From Caerostris extrusa (lineage: Eukaryota), in contig BPLR01000781.1 in the NCBI GenBank assembly GCA_021605095.1, positions 66,414 to 130,413 of the forward strand: a DNA stretch of 64,000 bases, read 5' to 3'. The position numbers and the translations under genes are program-made. Each line of letters opens with the position of its first letter. Position 1 is the stretch's first letter. This document shows, in pieces, positions 39,900-54,054 of this stretch. The notes under the pieces are model-generated. The model did no database searches, was not told the DNA's origin, and saw only the letters and a list, made by a program, of their open reading frames with translations.

Positions 39900-40206
39900 T
39901 GTAAAAATTGGGGCCTGAATGACCGAGTTGCTAGCGCTCTGGCGCTCGGTACCACAGGTTTCGGGTTAGAGTCCCGGCGGTGCCATGGATGTTTGTAGTG
40001 GTTCGAATCCACTTCAAACCGTAGGTCCCGGTCTAATATGATCGTAGAGCGTTGCAGGGGCATTGTTACTCCGCGTCCGTGGCTTATCTTCAAGTTACAG
40101 GCCCCCTGGGTAATGCAAAGTGAGTAACGTCTGTGCAGCGCTTGCCTTAAGGCATCCAAGACCAAGCTGTCTAAGTGTTTGCCAGATGCATTAGAAAAAA
40201 AAAAAC
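39900..40206 (+). mobile_element. tRNA-derived SINE-like element (GC-rich island with a pol III B-box and an A-rich tail).
   Basis: The T-arm-like stem-loop gtggTTCGAATCCac matches the B-box consensus GGTTCGAATCC at about 40000-40012. The local GC-rich 270 bp contrasts with the AT-rich flanks, and an A12 tail follows at 40195-40206. Confidence 0.45.
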
Positions 40207-41009
40207 CTTGTAAAATTTTTCTTAGTCATCAGAAAAGAATAATAAAACTAAACGAAATATACCGCTTTAAAATTGTAAGTCTTAAATTTCATACAAAAAA
40301 ATATTTTAGACAAATGATTCCGTGGCTACTTTACAAAGTAGCTTATATCAATCTTCTATATTAATATAAAGTATATAATCTGTAACTTTAAACAACTCAG
40401 TAGCTGGCTGTATCATAATGCATATTTGCATTATGCAAATTTAATATTAAATAAATATTCAAAATTGTATTAAATTTTTTTTTTTCAGAACTCTGCGATA
40501 CAAATAAAAAATACATTTCTAAACAAAATTAAATTTTGCAATGTTTTTTAAGTACCATAGTTTCCTGCTTTATAATTTGCAGCACTGTAATATAAAGGTG
40601 TATTTTTGGCCTGAAAGGAATACGTCTTGCATAATCTGCAGGTGATTCGCATCTGCTCTTTGACCTATCATAACCAGGAGTGGACAGACGCCAACAGGAA
40701 TCTCATACTGATTCCACATTTCTTTTGGGAACCTTGTCATTAGATACATTAGCCAATATTTATTTAACGTTATTATAAATCAATTAGACAATATCAAATA
40801 AAACAATATAACCAATAATTTTTATAGAATAAATACGATATTGTCTATAACCTAATAACAAGCCTTATTCATCTACTAGTACAAGCATGATGTGCAATCA
40901 CAATTAGTATATTTTTATAAAAATTCGGTTTCCTTACATCATCCACTGCTGCGTATCTTTGTGTTAAGAAGATTGATCATTTTTTTTTTTTTCCTCATAC
41001 AAAAGTTAT

Positions 41010-41042
<33 letters not shown>

Positions 41043-42399
41043 GTCGTTTATTTAAAAAATTATTCTTAGAGATGATATTTAAAATAAATTGAATTTTAAA
41101 AAACTCCGTTCCCCAAAAAATTTCCACAATTTTCAAGCAAATATAAAAAATACAGTAAAAGAACATTCAATTTAAACTTTTCAAGAGGCAAGCATTGCTT
41201 CATCCAATCAATACTCTCCATAGATAACATGAAAGCTCAAACGAAAATGAATAACTCCCCTCAACATAATAGAGGAATCCCTCTCTCAAGCTCGTGGAAT
41301 TCTTGATGTTTCTACCAACACTACAGTTTCATCAAGTCCAGCATTTCTCCTTCTTGATATGGATTCTTTATATATGTGTATTGTATCTCCTTCTCTTTTC
41401 GTTATTCCCCCCCTTTTTATTTAAATTGTTTCATTCAATTACCAATATTAATGCTCTTTCTGTCATAATTTTGATTCAGAGTAGAAAATTCGGAACATTA
41501 ACTCTAGTCTCTCACATTCAAACTTGTCGTCGACCTCATGTTCAACTAGCCACTTTACAGGGGGAAAAACTTGCATTTAAAAAAGACAGCCTGGAAATCT
41601 TTAGTCTTTCAGATTTCGAGGAAGGATTAAAAAAAAAAAAAAAAAATACCCATCAGCCTCTAGTTTTGAAAAAATTTTATCGTCATTCTAGTAAGTACAA
41701 AATTAAATTCATGCATTGAATATTAATTTCTTTGAACATTCTTACATTGATAAAAACACAGCATAAAAGAAAATTAATGCCGAACAATGATTACGAAATG
41801 AAAAAATACAATGAAAAAATACACATGAGCATTAATGTGTAAAAAGTATCAAATACTGAGTTGTCTCCGTGATTCAGATCTCTTAAAAACCGTTAAGAAT
41901 TACGAATGTGTTTATTTTACTGAAGGTAACTAGATTTCAATTAAGCTGTGTCCATTCTCGAGAGCAAATGGAATGAATGACGCATAAAGTACCGGCTGGT
42001 TCTCTGAAATCTGGACGAGACATAGATTCATGTTACCTCATATTTCGGTAGTTGGGACAGGTAAACCCCAGCTGCTATATAGAGTAGCGATAAATAAAAT
42101 GCACACGTCGGTGCAGTAATGTAAACTTTCGGTGTACAATATTAATGTTTAAAGTTACGTCAACACACTTTATATTTAGATTGCCTTTAGATTAAAAGGC
42201 ATCCTTTTAAAATATGCAATTAATCAGATGTGCAGTAAAAAATAGTAAAATGATTGTATATCGTAACATGATTATCACTCAAATTGATTATTTTTCTGCT
42301 AAATAAATATTCAACCTTCCCATTACATTTTTACACAGGTTTTATGTATACAAGATTTAAAGTTATTGTACATTACCTGTAACATATTTAATAATAAAG

Positions 42400-43400
42400 T
42401 TAATGCCATTAATTCCCAGAACTTCTGAAGTGCAGTCTTTGTCGCCTAGTAGTAAAGATATTTTCTTTAAAACTGTCGAATCTGTTTATTTCTACAGCAG
42501 TGTGAAGTGACACCTCAATCAGAAACTCTTCCAAACTTATAACTTCAGCTGTTGTAATGACAATATTTATGTCAGCCGAGAATATTATTCTTTCTTCTTG
42601 ATTCTGCGATTCCTTGCTCAGTTAAGTTTTTCTGAAGCATTCGTCTTCGGAATGTCCCGATTTTCTGCAGCATCCGCATAGTTCCAGACGAGAAGCTATG
42701 CCGCTTAATTTATGCGATACTTGTTTCAAGTCCAACACGCGTTCACTATACTCCGATTTCCTAATGCACTCTTTCTTATGTGATGCGGCATTTTACTTTT
42801 CGAAGTATAGGCCTCTTCAACTATTGTGAAATCGTTATCTTCGTCTTATTCTCCCAGATTCTATCAATTGCTCAGTATCATTTCTTACAGTAAAGTCTTC
42901 ATCTTCAAGATACTAAAAAATCTGTATCAAATTATCATATTTTGGAGAGCAGTCGATGACTGATCTGGAAAAATACGAGTAGTTCAGGAATAATAAAAAC
43001 TGTATCAAATTTGTATTTTTTCTGACTATTCTGCTACTAAATATTCCAAGAGTTTCTTCTTTAGCATTGGATATCATATCAAAGAATGACCGCAAACTTG
43101 GTTCAAAATGTAGCTTCAATGTGTCCCACGCTGCTTTTCCTTCCTCTGTATCTGCTGTCATTGGTATAAACTTTTCGATGCATTGAACGTATATGTTAGT
43201 TGTTTACGCCATAGGAACGAACATTTATGTTTTTCTGATAAACTGTCAGGATATGAAAAGGCTGTTCCATATTTGAACTCCCAGCATACCACGATGTCCC
43301 CACGAGGATTACTTTCATGTTCACTTTCCGAGATTCGTAGTTTAAGTCTGAAAAATTGAAGAATTTAAATATGAGGTTCCACCAACTTGACAAATTAAAA
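42400..43400 (-). mobile_element. Ty1/copia-like LTR-retrotransposon gag remnant (UBN2-like gag plus CCHC zinc knuckle), interrupted by stops.
   Basis: Minus-strand ORFs: ..DLNYESRKVNMKVILVG.. and MTADTEEGKAAWDTLKLHFEPS.. (copia gag signature ..NYs.Wk.rM...L.. and aKeaWd.Lk..fe). Downstream is CGCCRKSGHSEDECFRK (CX2CX4HX4C knuckle). Confidence 0.55.
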
Positions 43401-44449
43401 CTTCTCTGATCAAACGAATTAATTTCTTACGTTAGATAACAAGCCATCAATTACGCATTAATCCTTGAACCCATAACATCGTTTCTTTGGATAAAAACAT
43501 AAATGAGAACGTTTACGGCATTCAATATTTTTCATTAAGTAAATCACCAACCCTGGTAATTGGATTCAAGTTATACAAGACTATAAATTTATCCAGCGTT
43601 CTGCAGGCCACTCGTAAAAATATTTCCACAAACTCCTTCGAGTGATCCATGTAAACCGATTTTATATACTTTACAATTTGCCTAATCCATACAAGATAAC
43701 GGTTGCAATAAAGTACGGTCAGTGATCCTGTACGGCACTTTTTTTTTTTTTTTTTTTTGGGGGGGGTTGAAGTTCGAAATATTCTCTAGAAAATTCAACA
43801 GTTCTAAAGACTGTAATCCAACAGTTCTCTGCACTCTCGAAGATTTTCAGGTGTTCCCATGTGATAGAAATAAAAATAAATATGGTTACTCTTATTCTTA
43901 TTAGTTCATTGACAACTATATTTTTTTTCCACAATGATTTATTATCGTAATGTGAATCACAATATATAAATAAACAGAAAAGAATAAAAGTTTTAATTTA
44001 AAAAAATTTCTCATTACGTAGAAAGATTGGGCATTTGATAAATTATCTATAATATGAATAATAATTAATAAATTTTAAATAATTCTCATAAAACACAAAA
44101 GCAATTTTATTTTTTGATAGAACAAAATAATAAATATTTAGAGACATTAAATTTGCATTCATTTAAATTAAAAATAACAACAACCTAAGCCTTTGATTTA
44201 CAAACAGTTACATAATAGAACTCTTCTCTTTTCTCATCCCGCCAATAATACAGAATGTCGCCAAAAAAAAAAAAAAAAATCATCATTGCATACAAGTTAC
44301 ACTTGAGAATGTGTTATATATTCTCTAAAAATTACAATGCCGCTATCAACATTTCTCCGACTACTGTCATTTTTCTCCATAGATTTTTTCTCTTCATAAA
44401 TTTCTTTGCATAACTAACTCCATTATTTTGGTCACGCATCCAAGAGTTT

Positions 44450-45000
44450 ACAACATTCTAAAAACGACTGGAGTCTTGCTGCAAAGAGGTTTATTTCTTG
44501 TGGTCACACTGACCATGGGTATACGAATAAAGGGAAATATTTTAAATGTGGTAAATTAAAGGAATTCCCACCAAAAATGGACTTGAGCGAGTGCATGATA
44601 GAACTTACTTTTTGTACTTTGTAGCCTAATTTTTTAATGTGCTTGTAGCATAAATATTCTCATCCCAAAATAAACTTCGTATTGGTTAAAGGCCCTCTTT
44701 CTGCAGAGACTTGGTGTTCAGAAGTTGAATGAAATTCAAGTCAAAAGCTATCTTGAAAGAAAGGAAAGGAGGCTAAACTTCCGATTGCTGGCATTCTAAG
44801 TCTTACGAATTTGGTATCTGGTGGAAACCAGCATTTACAATTTTAGTTCTAATGCACTTTAGGCAAACAAATTCGCTAAGTTTTCTTTTATTCTACGATT
44901 CAATTAATAAAATGGATTAGCGTTTATCAGATTTCTACGAAAATGTGTACGACATTTTTTAATTATATTTGGGAATGAAAAGGGAATAACTTACATGCGA
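44450..45000 (+). mobile_element. Possible copia-like integrase-core fragment (frameshifted).
   Basis: Plus-strand frames give GHTDHGYTNKG..FKCGKL.., GIPTKNGLERVHDRT, SYEFGIWWKP, loosely matching the integrase core (HTDNGTEF..FC...GI.H..T.PYTPQQNGVAER.NRT ... tPyElw.gkkP). Confidence 0.35.
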
Positions 45001-46289
45001 ATAGAATTAACCACTGTTATTAATAACTAAGTAAGGAAACTTCAAAATTCAACAATATATCTATTCATGCTTAATTACAATCTGAACTCACAGATTACGA
45101 AAATAATATAAATTTCTTGAGAAATTGAAATAAAAATTGCTTTTCATCGAAAAGAAGACATACTCTTTTAATTCTAAACTCCATAAATATGGCCTGATTT
45201 CATCACCTTTATGTTTAATCTGCAATGCGTCTTTTGTTTCAATGCGTGAAATATGAAGAACCAAAGAACAAGTCACAAAGTGCTTTTGGATCATTCTTAC
45301 TCTTGGATATTTGATATGTCGGTGGATGCATCTTATAAGAAAGCAATCATTCTTCAATTTCTACGAAATGTCTGTTAACCTTGTCAGCAAAGAGATACCT
45401 CACTTTTTTCATCCTAGGGATTATTACTTTTTATTTCTAGTACAAGTTGTACCTCTTATTTTCTTATTATTGTTCCTCTGTTAAAATATTATGGCGTATT
45501 TGATCTGCTGTTTTATCCATTTCTTTCATTTTCAGATCCATCCATCTTATTCATTTTCTTTTGGTTTCCGGAAAATAAGTGCAAGGATTCGTTTCTTTTT
45601 TTTTAAAAATGAATCTATGATCAATCATAGGCAATGAAATCAAGAATTTCGAGTACTTCCTTTATAAATGTTTAATTTCTTTTTCTCTAGTATTTTGGAT
45701 AAAATGAGATAAAGCAGCAGCAACGAGCATAAATCTCAAAGCATCTGCTCAAATCAACCTGTTCCCGAAAATAAAACCGATATATTTTATGGGTAAAAAA
45801 AAAAAAACTTGACAATTAACAAACTTCAATTTTACCTCTCTACCTTAAATGGCCATTTCTTTTAACTGTCATCAAGAAAACTTTATTTTTAATAGAATCC
45901 TTTCAAAACATTTTTTTTTTATATTTATACATTTTTCAGAATGCATCATAAGTTTTTCGTTATATTCACTTACTTTTTCATAATCATAAACAAAAGCATA
46001 TATATACATTTAATACTTTTGAGGACTGCTATAAATTTAATGTTGGTTTATTTTAAAACACACACACATAAACATATGTATATATATATAATAGGAGTTC
46101 TACACATGAACTTTGTAATATTAGCTAACGTTCTGTAAAATATATATCTAACAATATTAAATTAGGTAAATACATTTTGTTGCTTATTCTATGCTCTTTT
46201 TAATAATATATTTTGCCTGCATATAGTAAAAATATTTAAGAAATCTTAGACAAAAAGAAACATGGATCATTTTTCTGTATGAATATAAA

Positions 46290-46850
46290 CTTGGACATTC
46301 TGTTACCCAAGAAACTCGACACAATAATGCTCCACTTGGAAATCATACAGTTACTGTTTACACAGTGAGATGATGGTTTGAGAAGTTTAAATAAGGATAT
46401 ATAAATTTACAAATTTAATCTGTGGAAGACTTGAAAATGCCCTTTATAATAAGTATTATGCCCTTTATATTAAGTTAAAAATTAAAGCTAACCCTACAAT
46501 AGCTGTTGATATTGGAGTAAGCATAGTAAGTTTTGAGACATTTTGCAGTATTTGGAAAGGCTAAAACATTTGACAAATGGGTTGACAGATATGCAAAAAT
46601 TGCAGAATTGTATATTATTGAGCATTCAGCAAAAGAAATTGTTCCCTATTGTACTGTACCCATACTTGTGATGAAAATTGGATAATGTACGATTGTCATA
46701 AACACTCAGCAATATGGCTGGATACAGAGGAAAAGGCCTAAACATGTACCGAAACCCAAAAAAGAAGACATTGTTGACAGTTTGGCTAAATCAAAAGGAA
46801 TTATCTGTTACAGTTTCCCAAGAATTATTTAATTAAAATACTTTAAAGGA
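46290..46850 (+). mobile_element. Mariner-family transposase fragment (central part), degenerate.
   Basis: Frames give ..HTVTVYTVR**FEKFK.. and ..GWIQRKRPKHVPKPKKEDIVDSLAKSKGIICYSFPR.., resembling the mariner ..KK.MLSVWWD.KGIIYYELL.. region. Confidence 0.4.
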
Positions 46851-49476
46851 ATTTATATTTTTGGTTATGCAGCACATAGTGACTAAAGTAAAACTTTTAG
46901 TGATAAAAAAAATACTACCCTGTAATTTTTTTGAATTACTGTTGATTCTACAAATTTTGGCAGAGAGGGAATTTTTTCTTAACAAGTTTAGTTTTATGTT
47001 GTAGATTTAATTTAATATCCATTTTTATCTTTATAAAATAGAAAGACAAAAAACATTTAAGTGTCATGGAAGCCTAATATATTATAATTAATTTTTAAAG
47101 CAAATATTTTAATATCTCACTTTTTTTTTGTGGTTTATTAAGTTCGGTTGTTTTTTTTTTTTTCATTTTCAGCTAAACAGTGAAAAACAAAATCAATGAA
47201 AATGACCTTATTTTTGATATGCAAATAAATAATAGTAATAAATCAAGACAAAAATATATGAAGCAATACTTTCTAAACTATAGATTTTTGATAATACATT
47301 TATTTTTAAGAATTATAACCAATTAAAAACTTTTAAAGATATTGTGAAAACTTTTTTTTTTTTTTTTTACATCTTAAAATCATTTTTAAAAAAAAAAAAA
47401 ATACTTTTATTAAATTATATTATTTTAATGAGAAAAATAATTTTATTTTTTATTTAATAATAAAAAATTCCAATTAAGCATAACTAGATATAAAATTCTA
47501 AAAAGAATTTTTTTCAGCGAACAAGTATTGCAAAAATGTGTTCATTATAAGGTTTATTATTGATAATGGGTGTATCTTACCATTATCTTTAAATGATTCA
47601 TAGTAATTAACATTAAAAAACAAAATTTCAAATTGTTTTTGAACTATTTTTTTAAAAATTGATTTAAATAAATTTTAATATTGCGAGAATAACTTTGTTT
47701 TTTAATTCTATTCTCGCATAGAATCTATGAATGTAAGAAGGCACAGGAAAAAACATTTTAAACACTTTCCTGCTTACTAGAATAAGTTAAAAGTAGCATT
47801 ATCTAATAGTACAAATAAATTTTTTTTTAACTGTGAAATATCGTGTATAAAACAAATTTGCAGGATTAAATTTTTTTAAAAAATCATATATCCGTTCATA
47901 TTATTTTATGATCCTTACAGATACTCTGCAAACGTTTATTTTGGAGAAGTCAGCATTGATAAATTTTTGATAAGTGTAAAATATGATTTTTGGAATACAA
48001 TGCCCCTTGATCATTATTTCCTTTCTATAATGCATACATGAAAGATACCAATAAACTGTTGTTAACCACATTAAACTAATGTTTTTTTTTTAACTGAAGG
48101 ATGTAATATATGAAAATATTTATTCACTGTTCTTAAAATGTAATGAATCAAAACTAAATAATCCTAAAATGTCCCCACCTTCTGAATTGGACTCATCTTG
48201 GGTATATCCCATAAATCAAAGATCGAAATAGAAGCTTAAGTTAATGATCTTAATAATCTTAAGTTAATGATATTGGACATATCATTATGTTCCTAACCTA
48301 TAAATAGTTCCATTAATAACATACTTAAAAATTTACTTTTATTAGAAAATCTATTTTGATATTAAAATAGAACTTAAATAAAATTGGCAGAAATTGAAAC
48401 ACCATACTGTATTTTACCTGTAGCTAGAGAATTTTCTGTCTTCCATTTCGATAAAGTTTCTCTATTATTTACTACTGTATCGTTATATCAAAAAAAAATT
48501 TTTGTTACTTTTTAGCTACAAAATCTGTATTTTTTTAGTTAGTTTACCCCAACAGATGATGCCAGCCATCTTTTACATATCTTTGCTTCTAATGTTTTGG
48601 GAGATATCAAATCTTTAAATTTCCTTTAGATTTGGAAAAAAAAAAAATTAACCTTGTTTTCACAAACTGCAACATAAATTTTGAAATAAAGTATAATGCA
48701 TTACTTTTAATATCTGCTTACAAAAATAATAATCTTTTAAAATAAAATATTTCAGGGATATAAAAAAATAGCCATTTTCAAAACTGGTAGGTTCAAATTT
48801 TATGAACAAAATTACCTCTACTAAATACCTCAATTTTAAACATAAAAAACAAATTCTAATGACAACTTAAATCATTTAATTACCTTGATATATCCTTTGA
48901 AAAGCTTTTTTTTTTAAGAAATGAAAATATTAACTGAAGTTCTTCAAGCTGAGTTATCTGTTATTAATCATACTTAAATAACTCACTTTTTAAGAAAACA
49001 GAGCAGTATGATGGTTTTATTACAAAAATATTAATTTAATATCCCAATAAAATATTATATTTCCATAGCTTAGTGATAATTAAATTTTGTCTTTACTTTA
49101 TCAGTTTTATAATTAACCCTAATAATTAATGACATATTTAAACACTACAACCTCAAAACGCATACTTAATTTAATGAGCAATATAAGTTAATAAGAATAA
49201 ATTCATTTAAGAATATACAACCATTGTTCAAAAATTACAATCACTCTAACTTACTATGTAATTATGCAGATCTTCACTTCTTTCACTTACATGCAAAGGA
49301 AACAGAAATAACCACAAAAATTGTCTTTAACATTTTTATTGAACTGAAATGACAAAAACAGTGTAACTAGTAAGTTCTGATTATAACATAGGATTTCATA
49401 GATGTTAAATATTAGTGTTCAAAATTTAAAAGAGAAACCACTTTGTATGCATGCTTCGCTTTTACACTGCTCGTCA

Positions 49477-50768
<1,292 letters not shown>

Positions 50769-53513
50769 ATGACACAATCTCGTTATTTTACTTTCCTGGT
50801 TAACTTAATAATTGTTTTAATTTTCATTGCTATCGCTCACTGTTTGTACGAGGATCAAGTAGGGAAATTTGATTGGAGACAGCAGTACATTGGAAAGGTA
50901 AAGTTTACATATATAGATCCTACGATCGGAGGTTCTCAAAAATTTGTAGTCGCAACAGAAGAAAATGTTATAGCATGTTTAAGTACACGTACTGGTAGTA
51001 TTATATGGAGACAAATTCTAGAAAGTGGAGATACAGGTTCAATTGATGCCATGTCTGAAGATGGGGATTTAATAACAATAAGTGGTGGAGGACGTTTCTT
51101 GCGTAGTTGGGATCCTAACACAGGCGTTTTGTTGTGGGAAACTTCATTTCCTAATGCACCTATTGAGGATGCCCTAAATTACTTTCAGATAAGCTCATCA
51201 ACGAAGGAAATTATCAAAATAGAAGCATTACCTAAACAACATGCAAAAATATTATTATATAGTTATACACGAGGATCATTAAAAACATCAAATATAATTC
51301 CCATACCTTGGTATGATAAAGCATCAGATTGTTCTTTTATTTCTAGTACCTACTTTATTTGCATTGAAAGTAGTAAAAAAGTTTTGCAACTTTTGTCTGT
51401 TAAAGATAGTGGAGCATTTATACCTGTTACATTACAAAGTCTTGGCATTGAAATTGAAGAAAGTATTAAAGAAGTTAAAGCCATTTCTTTACCTTATCAA
51501 GGATCATCAGACAAGCCAATGCTAGCTCTTCAACTTGAAGATAGTGGGATGCTCTTGCAAATTCTTCCCCCAGGAATAAAACTTATCAAACTTCTGTCTA
51601 AGATGAATAAAATTACATCAACTCTCATTGATGATAAATTAGTAATATTTACTTTGATACAATCCAGCAATACTTATAAAATAAAAACTCTTGATGTTGA
51701 ATCTAAAACTGAGGTGGAATATTTAGATGGTACATTTTCTTTGTCAGAAGATCATGGGGAACTAGAGTTATTCTTCATCCTTCCTTACATCAAGAAAGAT
51801 CATGGTGTTAGTTATAAAATGTTTTTGTTATTTGAAGATCATTCCATTCTTGTGATTCATCAACAAGGAAGATTAGTATGGACCCGAGAAGAAGCCTTAT
51901 CTAATATTGTAGCTTCTGAAATCATAGATTTGCCACTCTCCGATACAGATGCAAATATTGAACAAGAATTTGGACAACCAGATGCAAATCCTCTCACAAT
52001 GTTTTTAACTAGATTAAAATCTCAAGTGTTTTTATTACAATCATACCTTTTGCATGTCCTTGTTGGTTTCAAAGGTGATAGTAATAATGTTGGCATCGAC
52101 AAAAAGACCCTGACACGAGATACATTTGGATTGCATAAAATAATTGTTGTTATCACAAAACCTGGTAAAGCATTTGGAATTGATAATCTTTCTGGTTTAA
52201 TTATCTGGAGTCATTTTGAGAAAAAATTTTCTCCTTTTGTTTCAAAAGAAAAATCACACTTTCCATTATTTGTCCAAAGAACAACAGCTCATTTTCCTTA
52301 TCCCCCTGTTTGTACTGCTCTAGGAAAACACAGAAATACTCAACAAAGTCATATTTACTCTTTTGATCCAATTACTGGTGTTACTATAGAATCAAAAACA
52401 TTATCTTATAATGTAGTACAGATTATGCCAGTTGGAACTCTTACTCATTATCTAAGAGGAATTCTTTTGTTAGATTCAAATTTAAATGTTCATATATATC
52501 CAGAAACTCATGATATAGCAAAACATAAAAATTCACACTTCATGTTTACTGCAGAATCTGACTCTGGTAGTCTGATAGGTTATTCTCTTGCTGAAGGAGA
52601 AGGAAATAGTTTAAAAGCTGTAGAAGTTTGGAAAATCAAATTACCTCAACCAATCATTCATGTAGCTACAAAACGACCATCAGAGCATGTCCATTCTCAA
52701 GGTAGAGTCATGGGAGATAGAAGTGTTTTATACAAATACTTGAATCCTAATTTGGCAGCAGCGTTTACTGAGGGAATGGACTCGATTCAAAAACCATTCT
52801 GTAACATTTATCTTATTGATGTGGTTTCTGGTTTGGTAGTCTACTCAGCGTCACATAAAAGAAGCAAAAGCCCAATACATGTAGTTCATTCTGAAAACTG
52901 GGTTATTTATAGTTACTACAATGAAAAATCCAGAAGAATTGAAGTATCATCTATTGAATTATTTGAAGGAAAATCCCAGAGTAATACAACAGCATTCTCT
53001 TCATTTGCACCTCCTCCTTTACCTCTTGTTGAACATCAGACATTTATATTTCCTTCTACAATTATAACAATGGCCGACACAATTACTGAAAGAGGGATGA
53101 CTAATAAGCATCTTCTAATTGCATTGCCTTCTGGTGGAATTTTAGAATTGCCCAAGACATTTTTGGATCCTAGACGTCCCATTACACCTCTACCTGAACA
53201 CCGTGAAGAAGGTCTCATTCCCTACCTTCCAGAATTACCTGTTATGTCTGAAGGTATTATAAATTATAACCAAAGTGTTTTACGAGTTCAAGGTATAGTA
53301 ACAGCCCCATCAGGACTAGAATCAACCTGTTTAGTATTTGTTCATGGACTTGATTTGTTTTATACTAGGGTCACTCCATCAAAAACATTTGATATATTAA
53401 AAGATGATTTTGATCATTATTTAATTAGTGTGGTACTTTTAGGACTGGTGGTTTTGTCTTATACCACGAAAAGGTTAGCTGCCCGTAAAACACTAAGGGC
53501 TGCTTGGAAATGA
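50769..53513 (+). CDS. EMC1: ER membrane protein complex subunit 1 (EMC1, KIAA0090 family). Complete 914-aa CDS in one uninterrupted exon.
   Basis: N-terminal signal peptide and YEDQVGKFDWRQQYIGKVKF match the EMC1 N-terminus. RTTAHFPYPPVCT, EHVHSQGRVMGDRSVLYKYLNPNL, IHVVHSENWVIYSYYN, TITERGMTNKHLLIALPSGGILELPKTFLDPRRP and the C-terminal TM plus basic tail are all conserved EMC1 blocks. Confidence 0.9.
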   Translation: MTQSRYFTFLVNLIIVLIFIAIAHCLYEDQVGKFDWRQQYIGKVKFTYIDPTIGGSQKFVVATEENVIACLSTRTGSIIWRQILESGDTGSIDAMSEDGDLITISGGGRFLRSWDPNTGVLLWETSFPNAPIEDALNYFQISSSTKEIIKIEALPKQHAKILLYSYTRGSLKTSNIIPIPWYDKASDCSFISSTYFICIESSKKVLQLLSVKDSGAFIPVTLQSLGIEIEESIKEVKAISLPYQGSSDKPMLALQLEDSGMLLQILPPGIKLIKLLSKMNKITSTLIDDKLVIFTLIQSSNTYKIKTLDVESKTEVEYLDGTFSLSEDHGELELFFILPYIKKDHGVSYKMFLLFEDHSILVIHQQGRLVWTREEALSNIVASEIIDLPLSDTDANIEQEFGQPDANPLTMFLTRLKSQVFLLQSYLLHVLVGFKGDSNNVGIDKKTLTRDTFGLHKIIVVITKPGKAFGIDNLSGLIIWSHFEKKFSPFVSKEKSHFPLFVQRTTAHFPYPPVCTALGKHRNTQQSHIYSFDPITGVTIESKTLSYNVVQIMPVGTLTHYLRGILLLDSNLNVHIYPETHDIAKHKNSHFMFTAESDSGSLIGYSLAEGEGNSLKAVEVWKIKLPQPIIHVATKRPSEHVHSQGRVMGDRSVLYKYLNPNLAAAFTEGMDSIQKPFCNIYLIDVVSGLVVYSASHKRSKSPIHVVHSENWVIYSYYNEKSRRIEVSSIELFEGKSQSNTTAFSSFAPPPLPLVEHQTFIFPSTIITMADTITERGMTNKHLLIALPSGGILELPKTFLDPRRPITPLPEHREEGLIPYLPELPVMSEGIINYNQSVLRVQGIVTAPSGLESTCLVFVHGLDLFYTRVTPSKTFDILKDDFDHYLISVVLLGLVVLSYTTKRLAARKTLRAAWK

Positions 53514-54020
53514 TGAAAATAGGTTTATTATAATTACTATAAATACAGAACTGTATTAAAAAACTGTATAAATTATTGTTGAAAATTATTTATTTCTATA
53601 GTATGTTTATAAGATTCATTTTTGCATTATTTATTTTGGAATTACAACGTATAAATTTATAGCTAGGATTTTTTGAACTTCACATTTATATTTTGATGCC
53701 CTTTTTTTTTTTTGCATTGTCTTTTCCTGCATGTTATATTTGTTAGCAGGAAAATAAATACAGTATTGGTAATTAGATGAATTTGTCTTTTCAGATTATT
53801 GTTTAAGTAATTATTGAATTACTCATCATATTACTTATGCTCATATTGTCTAAATCTATTGAATTATTTCATCTTGTACTTTTTTTTTTCTTAAAAAGGT
53901 ATGATAATCAATGTAAAAAATTATTTTAAAGTAATGATGAGAAATTTCATTAAACTGTGATAATGCTCATATTGTCTAAATCTATTTAGTATAATTTTTT
54001 TTTTTAATTTTTAAAAATAT

Positions 54021-54054
<34 letters not shown>

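Noticed and set aside
39893-40165. 90-aa minus-strand ORF in the GC-rich island
   Set aside because: The GC-rich SINE-like repeat lacks stops by chance; there is a B-box and A-tail but no protein similarity.
40892-41719. ORFs through the T30 tract at 40981-41040 and the 141-aa ORF 41294-41719
   Set aside because: Homopolymer and low-complexity translations (poly-F/K) with no domain similarity. Could be LTR or UTR-like sequence but not coding.
50936-53218. ORFs 50936-51121 (-), 51313-51525 (+) and 53036-53218 (-) inside EMC1
   Set aside because: Antisense or out-of-frame relative to the 914-aa EMC1 ORF.
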